Of a DNA stretch of 64,000 nucleotides, positions 36,633 through 46,206 are shown in pieces. The stretch comes from Paramoeba atlantica (taxonomy: Eukaryota > Protista > Discosea), in NCBI GenBank assembly GCA_977017575.1, contig CDRNVI010000004.1, forward strand, positions 248,001 through 312,000, read 5' to 3'. The notes under the pieces are model-generated. The model made no database searches. It saw only the letters and a program-made list of their open reading frames with translations, and had not been told where the DNA came from. Made by a program: the position numbers and the translations under genes. How positions within the stretch are numbered: position 1 is the first letter of the stretch; each line of letters opens with the position of its first letter.

Positions 36633-37700
36633 TCACTCGTCATGCATAGCATGACCTTCAGACTCACTCGAAACGAAATCATCGCCGCTGGTATAGTCTG
36701 ATGGACAGCTGCTCAAACTCACACTGTCGTCGAAGTCATCTACGTCCGAGCCGTAGTACTCAAGAAAACACCCCAAGAGGTTGGAAAGTCGAGTTTGCCA
36801 AGCAGTCTCTCGCCCGTTGTGAACTTCCCCCAACTTCACACACTGAAGGGCCACATTTCGCATCAATTCCAAGGAAGAAGCCCCAAAGTTGTAATGCTGC
36901 TTCCTCACCCAGTCTTTAATGATGCGATGCGACCCTTCAGCGGTGTTAGTGTGGTAGCCTTGGGAGTTCACAAACTCCACGCTATGATTCACAGCGTGGT
37001 GGCGACAAAAGTCCCCCAGAGTGGAATACGCCCCCCAACAGTCACTGACAACCACAGCCCGTGCACTCGTCAAGTGCGGCAGGATGAAGTTATGCAGCGT
37101 TTCCGTGTCTCGACGCTTGACTAACTTCCAATGGGTTCTTCCCATTTCTTGTCCACGTATCTCCGTGACGGTGGCAAACCACCATCCCCTTTTCCGCTGC
37201 CGCCTCCCACGCTGATACTTTCTCTTTCCAATGAACGTTTCGTCCACTTGGATGCGAGAAAACTCGTATTGCTCGGACTGCTCTTGGGAAAGCGCAGCAT
37301 TGGCCGCGGAGTGTAACACTTCCTGGACTGTTTTTCTACCCACCCCTCGGCTGTGGCAGATTTGGCCAGTACAAAGCTGATTCGCAATGTCTGCCCAAAG
37401 AAGTAAAAGGATGGTGGGAGTTAGATGGCTCCGCAAAGAAATGTATGGCTCAAACTTTCCCATCTTTATTCGACAGGGGTTCCGCATTCCAGGCTCCTTA
37501 AACATGCAAATCATATAATTCTTCCCCGGTACGGACGCCATCTTTTCCGTTCCATGCTTTCGGCACGATGGCGGAGTCAAAAAACCATGGCAGCTCATCC
37601 AGCTTTCGACATCCGCGCCAAGAGGAATGTCTTGCATACTGCGCCAACGCTTGACACAGTTAAAAGCAGGGCATCCGTTACAAAGCGGGCGCAACGGCAC
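36633..37700 (-). CDS. Merlin/IS1595-family DDE transposase, ~335-355 aa
   Basis: VDETFIGKRKY.RGR, VVSDCWGAY, VNHS..F, HTNTAEG; N-terminal Cys/His finger; start uncertain (GTG 37700 or a downstream ATG). Confidence 0.9.
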   Translation of the reverse strand: MPLRPLCNGCPAFNCVKRWRSMQDIPLGADVESWMSCHGFLTPPSCRKHGTEKMASVPGKNYMICMFKEPGMRNPCRIKMGKFEPYISLRSHLTPTILLLLWADIANQLCTGQICHSRGVGRKTVQEVLHSAANAALSQEQSEQYEFSRIQVDETFIGKRKYQRGRRQRKRGWWFATVTEIRGQEMGRTHWKLVKRRDTETLHNFILPHLTSARAVVVSDCWGAYSTLGDFCRHHAVNHSVEFVNSQGYHTNTAEGSHRIIKDWVRKQHYNFGASSLELMRNVALQCVKLGEVHNGRETAWQTRLSNLLGCFLEYYGSDVDDFDDSVSLSSCPSDYTSGDDFVSSESEGHAMHDE

Positions 37701-37959
37701 ATCACGCCATAAAGTTGGGTTGAGGTAACGTGGGTCAGGAAGTACTGCCGGGCCATCTCCTAAAGGTCCTCACCGGTGTTCTCGGTACGTGGCAGCCTCC
37801 AGAAGAGAAATGAAACTTCTGAGAATAGCGTCAGGATCCTGCTGATTGTTGTTGTTATTGTTCATGATGAAAAGCAGAACTGAGTAAAAAGGAAGCGCTG
37901 AGACTAAAAAGAATGGGGTTCACCGCATATTTGTTGAGCCTTTCGCAACATAGGAAAAC

Positions 37960-39330
37960 AAATTCACAATCCTGTGGAAGGGGTAGACACAGATTCTCAG
38001 TGCGCGACCCGCGCGCTGGAGCGCACGGGTCGCGAAAAAATATTATTATGTCCCAGGGCTATGCTCACAGTTGGGCCTTGCTTGCAAACGGGGGCTTTTG
38101 CCACCAGTAGTGGGCTTCGCTCACAGTTGGGCCTTGCCTCTGGACAATCCTGCGGAAGTGGTAGACACAGGTTCCCAGTGCGCTACCCGCGCGCTGGAGA
38201 AACTACGAAATTCAGTGAGCTTCGCAAATTGCTTCCCACTAACGACGCACAGGGGAATCCTACGCGGGGTACGGCTCAGGCCCGCTCACGCGGGCCTTCG
38301 CCGTTTCGCGGCCGCGCGCACCCCCGCTCACGCGGGGGCCCCCGCGCGGCCAAAATGGGTGCTAAAATTTGTTATCAAGGTAGTTGGGCTTCGCAAATTG
38401 CTTCCCACGAATCTAGAGAGAAGCACACGTACAATAATCTTTAACGATAAGTTAAACGAAGTTTAAGTTAAGTTAACGAAGTTAACGAACAGTTGGGCCT
38501 TGCTCGCAAACGGGGGCTTTTGCCACCAGTAGTGGGCTTCGCTCACAGTTGGGCCTTTCTTCCTCCTCCCTCTAAGGTCCTGCAGATTTTTTGAGCTGGA
38601 GCGCACGGGTCGCCAAAAAATATTATTATGTCCCAGGGTTACGCTCTCAGTTGGGCCTTGCCTCTGGACAATCCTGCGGAAGTGGTAGACACAGGTTCCC
38701 AGTGCGCTACCCGCGCGCTGGAGAAACTACGAAATTCAGTGAGCTTCGCAAATTGCTTCCCACTAACGACGCACAGGGGAATCCTACGCGGGGTACGGCT
38801 CAGGCCCGCTCACGCGGGCCTTCGCCGTTTCGCGGCCGCGCGCACCCCCGCTCACGCGGGGGCCCCCGCGCGGCCAAAATGGGTACTAAAATTTGTTATC
38901 AAGGTAGTTGGGCTTCGCAAATTGCTTCCCACGAATCTAGAGAGAAGCACACGTACAATAATCTTTAACGATAAGTTAAACGAAGTTTAAGTTAAGTTAA
39001 CGAAGTTAACGAACAGTTGGGCCTTGCTCGCAAACGGGGGCTTTTGCCACCAGTAGTGGGCTTCGCTCACAGTTGGGCCTTTCTTCCTCCTCCCTCTAAG
39101 GTCCTGCAGATTTTTTGAGCTGGAGCGCACGGGTCGCCAAAAAATATTATTATGTCCCAGGGTTACGCTCTCAGTTGGGCCTTGCCTCTGGATAATACTG
39201 CGGAAGGGGTAGACACAGGTTCTCAGTGCGCGACCCGCGCGCTGGAGCGCACGGGTCGCCAAAAAATATTATTATGTCCCAGGGCTACGCTCACAGTTGG
39301 CCCTTCGCAAAAAGTTGATAAAATACGAAA
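37960..39330. repeat. GC-rich modular repeats inside Merlin, including a ~524-bp tandem duplication
   Basis: agttgggccttgctcgc at 38491 and 39015; recurring GCGACCCG..CGGGTCGC hairpin. Confidence 0.85.
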
Positions 39331-39447
39331 AATTGAAAAAGTCAAAAACACCTTCGATGAGTACTCATCGAAAGTCTACAACTTTCCGTGAGACTCATCG
39401 AAAGTCTACAACTTACGATGAGTACTCATCGAAGGTCCCCCCTAGCC

Positions 39448-41210
39448 AAAAACGCTCCATGCAAAACGCTCCATGCAGCACAGTGCAGAAATAAACTGAT
39501 GATAGCGCTGACCCTTGTCGAACTCCTGAAGAGCTTTGGATGACAGAATGTAGGGAGTTATTTGCAAAGAAGAGAAGTTCCGTTGGCTGACCATATTCCA
39601 AGTAAAACATTCGCATGAAGTGCTTGAAAATGGGATACTGTGTCAAAGCTTTTTCTATCGCTGTGCGGTGAGGTGTGTTATACGCATTTTTGAAATCGAT
39701 GGTGAGGACAGTATTCCCTGCTTCGTATTCTGAAAGTAACTCATGGACAATTGATTCGCAGGCATTTTTCTGTAGAATTCCGCGTTGGATTGGCTGAAAA
39801 AGCGACTTCAAAGCACTTTCATGACGCTGGAGAAGGATCGACCCACAAATTTTAAGTACCGTATCTCCCATCGCTACGGGTCGTACTCCGTTGTTTGGTT
39901 TTGCCAGCGCTATAATTCTGCAGCGGGTTAACCGTGAACGTACGCTTTGGGCTATCTCCCCATTTATGACGTCACGGAACATATGGCACAAGGAAAGGCA
40001 AGATTCTTCGTCTTCAGCTAGGAGCCTCATCATGCTTTCGCTAAAACCTGTGGGACCCGGTGATGCTCCTCGCGATAATTTTTCGGTTGCTAGGCGTAGT
40101 TCTGTGTTCTCGACGACTGCTATTCTAGGTAGTTCTTCATCTGTCCCTTGCGGCGAAGGTCCTTTCGGGTGAAGTAAGTTTAGCGCTCGAGCCTTTTCTT
40201 CAGCTGTGAGAGGAGAATCTCGATACACATTGTCCAGTATGCGTGTCGCTTTGCCAAGATTATTTGCCCTGGCCGCTTGTAAGGCACTACGAATTGAACG
40301 GCGATCAATATCTTGCTCAAGGCGTTCTTTTTCACTTAGCTTGGAATCTTCTTCTCCCAATCGGAACTTCGTTGCTTTTCTCTCTGAGCTTTGCTTTCTT
40401 AGCAAGTTTTGGTGAATCGTGGCCAAGGAGTCTCTGGGTGCATTTAAAAGCTTGTGCCAAATGATGCATTTTTCTAATTCTGTCTTGGCTTTTGGGTACG
40501 CACCGATGATTGAGCGAAAAATTGCAACAACGTGTACAGAAAACGACGAATCAATTTGAGCAAATCTCGGTAGAGGATCTAAATCGCGTCCGTCCTCCGT
40601 TGTTTCACAGCCTTGATTTAGTTCTGCGTGCTTCTCCTCAGTGGATTCGAGGGCTGGAGCTCCACATTTGATTCTGTTTATCTTCACTTCGCTGATTGAC
40701 CAAATTTTGATTTTCGCGGATTGCGGAAGATGAAGAAGCCCAGAAGGTCCTTCACTGCCATCTTTCGGTTTGTATGCAATTGTCAGCTTCACCAAACCTC
40801 GTCGTACAGCTCTCTTGGATACCGCCCCTATGCTGATGTAAGATTGTTTCTCGTTGAAGCTCCATCTGATTTCACATGTACTACCTTTGCCCCATTCCTT
40901 TATGATCTCATAAACACGATCAGGTGCTTTAGGAAATGCTCCGCTTGAAATTCCTTGAACTTCGTCCATCGACGTGTCTGAGAGTTCGCCGTCAGAGCTT
41001 TCCGGTGTCTCAGCATCTGAGCTGGACTTCGATGCGGAATCAACTTCGGAGTCGTCATAATTTTTACCCTTGGTTCGTTGTCTAGGTGGAAAGTCGTACG
41101 CCACATGATCTGCCCATGATTTCGAGAGTTCTTTCCCACTCGTCACTACTCTGATTCGAGGAATTTTCTTAGGCGTGATTCGTATGCATTCCTTCTGATC
41201 GAGGTGTGCA
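39448..41210 (-). pseudogene. Family D 5'/middle part
   Basis: ORF 39413-41146 extends in frame to 41210 (LAHLDQKECIRITPKK). Confidence 0.88.
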
Positions 41211-41880
41211 AGAAATCAACGACGAGAGTCTTCCACATACATTAAAAACAACTTGTAAGAAAACATTGTTGTAAGAGCTAAAGAAATATATCGCTGATAT
41301 CCTGAATCTCATCCACTGCCTATATTTACTAGCTAAAGAATATTCGTATTATTGATGCAACTATCCGGATGTATATAGCGCGCAAACTATTTCAAAAGCA
41401 TAATATAAAATTATAATACGTAGTGAAGGGGCTTTGCCCCCTGGCACGCAGCCACTGGTTGGGGGCTGGTGGGAGGGCATCGCACACTAATAAAAATAAC
41501 TTGTAAGAGAATGTAAGCTATAAAACTATACACAATCTACATAAAGTTATAATTTAAATCATATTAAAAGATATAATAGAATTCATAATCAGAGATTATG
41601 TGCCTCGTAGGGCCATTCGAGAAAAAGGAGTCTTTTCAAATTCGTATTTCTTCTCGTCTAAATTTCCTCTCGTAAACTATCAGAAATCAACGACGAGAGT
41701 CTTCCACATACCGGTAGCGATAAAGCAATACAATGCCGGAAAGATGCATATGCGAGATTAACGTCGTCGACGTAAGCATGGACGTTGACTTCCGACTACA
41801 AATTTGGCGCTACACCCTACAATCTATTCAAATCAAAACAAAAACAAAAAAAAACGAAACACATTCCTGCCATTGTTCCT

Positions 41881-44800
41881 TCATATCGCATAGTCTGTAC
41901 CCCGTTTGTCCTTCTCAAGAAAGGATCTCAGCTGCGAATATACAACAGCTCCATTCAACTCTTGAAGACAGAGTTGAAACTCCATCTGCGTCTGTTTTCG
42001 AGGCAGGCAACAAGCGCCTGCTAGGGCGTTGAGAAGAGATTTCGTATTTTCGTGTAGAGACCCGCCTGACAGCACTGGCACGCACCGAAACGTTTCCTCT
42101 GATATCAAACCCGAGCGAACATAGGTGTCTTGTTTACGTTTGATCGCGTCGCGAAAAAGTTTGCCACATTTTGTTCCGAGATTAGAGGGCGCTAACTCGT
42201 GAATCACGGTGAAATCATAGAATATCTCGCCGGAATTCCAAAAAACTACAAGATCGGGACCCGATCTGCGGAAAGAACGGCCTCCGCAAACTTTTCCATG
42301 CGTCCGTCTGTAATCAGGATCCACTTTTTCGTTGCATTGTGTGCACGAAAACGTTGCGAAATTACGCGGCTCTTTTTCGCAGGGAATCCCAGCTTTTAAA
42401 CACAACTCGTAGAGAAAATTTACTAAAGAGTTATGCTTCGCTGTGGCGTTGAGACCGGGGCATTTCGAACAGCCAGGTATGTGCGCGAGCATGGCTTTCG
42501 AATCTAGCAGAATCCGGCACCCGGGGCAGAGCAACTGTTTTGGCAGTAGAGGATGCGCGATTCCGAGTCGCGGCATTAAAGCAAGCGAAAAAAGGCGCGA
42601 GGGAACAAACTTAGCATTAGACATGACCCATTCTGCGTTGCCCTTATATGAGACTGCTTGTAAGATGGCAACCGAGTCTGACTTCGAAGAAGACAAAAGG
42701 TCCCACGCTTTCGTGTGAAGAGCTGCCGCCGCCGTATCTTCGTCGATAGGAACGCTGGTGTCGGTTGTTGCTGTTGGCACGCTGGTGTCGGTGTCGGACT
42801 GCAAAATGGCGTGCGTCTGGTCTCCTTGGTGTTCGACTTGAGCTGAAAGATTAATTGGGCGCTCGAAAACTGAATACCAAGAGGACTCAAAGGCTGCACA
42901 CCGAATTGGGAGACAAGCCGTCAGGCCCAGCCCGCCTTTCTTAACCGGTAAACGTAACTGAGTTATCTGATCCTGAGATAGCGTTCCAAACCACGAATTC
43001 AACACCTCTTCTACCTCGTGATCGAATAGTTTAGCTAGATTTTCGGAGACTATGGGGTGGTGTACTCTCAACTGGTAGTTCTGACGTACATTCACGCATT
43101 TGGACAACAATTGTGCCGACGTGTTGTTGATACCCATCTGCTTCAGACGTCGAAAAATTTCATAATGTTTTTGCAAAGATTTCACCAGCTCTTCGCTGAC
43201 CTTACTTTCTTCGCCGATGAAAGCACCCAGTACCTTTATCGTACAGTCTGCTTTTTTTACCTCTGCACTGCTGAGTTCTTGCGGCATTGGAATGTTCCCC
43301 GTCCCTCCAAACCACATGCATTTGTTTGTTGAAACAATCAGGCTGCAGTCTTGCAATAGGGATTGGAGGCGTGTGAAAGCTTTTGTTAAAAGCTGCGGGT
43401 CGTCGGAAACAAGGTTGATATCGTCTATGTACGCGCAGATTTCAACTCCAGGAAATTCTTCAGCAAGATTTTCTAATATTGGCTGCAACAGAGCGCAAAA
43501 ATAAATGGTGGATAGCGTTGAGCCTTGACGGACGCCACTAGTGCTTTTCACTATGCCGGTCAAACGGTTTGTCTTAGCGCCGTAGAAAAGTAATTCGGAA
43601 GCTTCAGCATACTCCGCGTGGAAAAACCTTTGAAACGGTCGGAGAGTAGCTAGTCCAAAAACATGTTTGGCGATAAGATTCCGCGACGGGGTATTGAACG
43701 CATTTTTTAGGTCGATGGCTAAGATGCACGCGCCTTTTCTGTATCGTTCATTTAAGGTGTGTACAATGCGCTCACTCCCCGATTTTGAAAGCACACCTTG
43801 CTGCATTGGTGCGAAAAGGGGTTGAATCGTGGATTCGTATCGCTGAACGAGAATGTTGCCGGCAAGCTTCATCAGCACCTCACCGATGGCCACGGGGCGG
43901 ATACCACCTCCTGTTTTCTGAATCGCTACTAGACGTGATCTTGCCAAACGTTTCATCAGATCTCGCGGAAGAAAACCGTTGATTAGATCCATGAGCATGT
44001 GGCAAAGGTTTGGGCTGCACACTGGGTCATCAATAAGGAGACGCACGACGCTGTCTGTAGTGCCTGTCGGACCTGGGCTAGCTCCTCTTACTAAACGCAT
44101 CCCTGCTGACCGAAGCTCAGAAGAATCCAAACCAGTAAGAAGAGGCGCATCATTTGGTAGGTTAAACTTGTATTCGTGTTGCGGATGTAAATCCTTCAGC
44201 CTATCTAGAATCTGATCATCCGACAGAGTGTTTGGGATGAATTTCTGATCAAGAGTTTTGCATGCCTTTCTCGCGCATCCTTCCATGACTAAACGCGTTG
44301 CCTTTTTTATTGCTCTTTTATCCGCTTCGTGCTCATCAGACTTGGTTGGATGATCGCCAGATGTTTCGCTGTCGGCTTCGAATGGGCGGCGGCGTCTTCG
44401 GCGATTGGAGGCTTGACGCACTATTGCTAGGGAATATTTCATCGCTGAGAGAACTTCGTGCCAGATTTTGTGCCTTTGTGGATAAGTACTGTTGATGTAT
44501 TCACGCATTATTTCTCGGTAAGACGCGATTACAGCGGATATCATTTCCGGTTTTATGACGCGAGATGTTGGAATGGGCACGTAATCCAAGTCCTTTGACT
44601 TCCAACCTTCCTTCGAGTTACTCATGCTTTGCTCGGCCGACTGCCCAAACATGTATTCCCCTTGCGATTGACCGTCGTTTGGATCAATGGGCGTAGAGGC
44701 TGTACACGGGGGTGCTGCAGCATGCCATATCATCCCGTTAACCCTCACACTTTCGTGGGGCGGTAGTGTCCCAGTGAATTCCTCACCAACTTTATGCCCT

Positions 44801-45351
44801 ACGATCCCCGAGTAGAGTATGTTCAGCTTCCAAGAACCTTTCCTACGATACACGCTGGTCACTTTCCCAAGTGAGATGTTGGTGTCATCTCGATTCCCGA
44901 AAGACCACGCGACCGAACATAGCGTTCCTTTTTTGATATGTTGAGACTTCGATTGGATATCGCTTGCTTGTAGAGGAAAGCCTCGTGTAGCGAATTGGGA
45001 CGACAGTGTGTCACACATCTCTGCCGAATTCGCATTCTCTACGAATCGAATTCTATCTAGCGCGGAGTTCAACACATTCCCCATTTCAGACAAAGTTGTA
45101 CCACCAGAATTTTCGTCAGGCGCTGGAAGAGGACTGGGAAGTTCCGATTGTACGGGGTTCCCATCACTAATCGTACCGTATGACTTGTGAGGTTGCGGAG
45201 AGGAGAACACAGAATTTACCGATCGAGCTGAATGATTGGTTTGTCGCTCAGAAGCGGTAGAGTCTGTCCCCCCTGCATCCTGCAGATAGTCTTGCAGATC
45301 AGGGTTCTGACCTACGATGGACGCAATCCCGTTGTCCGTACGTTCCTCTAC
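41881..45351 (-). pseudogene. E/F polyprotein C-part (Tudor/SH3-like, RT, CCHC, RLE)
   Basis: RPVAIGE, IDLKNAFN, QGSTLS, AYIDD, GPDL..YDFTV; frame open up to 45351. Confidence 0.9.
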
Positions 45352-46206
45352 GAATTGCTCATCAGAATATAATTTTAATAAACAAATAATTAATTTGTAA
45401 TCACTAAATATAATTTATCAAATACGAGGCACCCAAATACCTGTGTTTTGAACGTTACTATAAATAAAATTATTTGATGAATATAGTACTAAAGGACGTC
45501 CTTATCAAAACAATCTTCACCTCTCTCTCTCTTGCGAATGGGTAGTTCCCCGGCGGGGAGTGGTTCGGGGGATGGCGGGTGGGGCAACTTTCCTTTTGCG
45601 AAAATAGAGAAAAGCTACTAGTGTAATAATAAAGTATAGTACTGTATAATTGATAATCTACAAATATACATGGTTCCCCCCAGAGGGGGCAATGTCACAC
45701 TGAAATCAGATCATAATATTAAATATCATGTGCCCCGTAGGGCCACGGTCAGATCTCATACAGAATCAAAAGTATCTTCTTTGATCAATTCTTTCCGTAA
45801 ACTATAAGAATTGCTCATCAGAATATAATTTTAATAAACAAATAATTAATTTGTAATCACTAAATATAATTTATCAAATACGAGGCACCCAAATACCTGT
45901 GTTTTGAACGTTACTATAAATAAAATTATTTGATGAATATAGTACTAAAGGACGTCCTTATCAAAACAATCTTCACCTCTCTCTCTCTTGCGAATGGGTA
46001 GTTCCCCGGCGGGGACCACCCACTCGCCAGTTCTCACAATCACCCACACGCTAGTAATGTGGCGAAACCCCCAGGTCGCCTACTACCTGAGAGCCCCCCT
46101 CATCACCTCGTACTCTCACTCACACATTGCCCAATCCTCACATCAACATACATCCCATACATATCAAAATCGCTCGAATATCCGTTCTTCCTGGTTATTG
46201 ATTGTA

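Larger units (their letters stand above)
36431..39447 (-). mobile_element. Merlin (IS1595/IS1016-related) DNA transposon
   Basis: 32-bp TIRs GG(G/C)TAGGGGGGACCTTCGATGAGTACTCATCG at 36431-36462 and 39416-39447, subterminal palindromic repeats, DDE transposase; no TSD visible. Confidence 0.85.

Noticed and set aside
36633-37700. Bacterial IS1595 or contamination
   Set aside because: Embedded in eukaryotic retroelements with long repeat-rich ends; eukaryotic Merlin fits better
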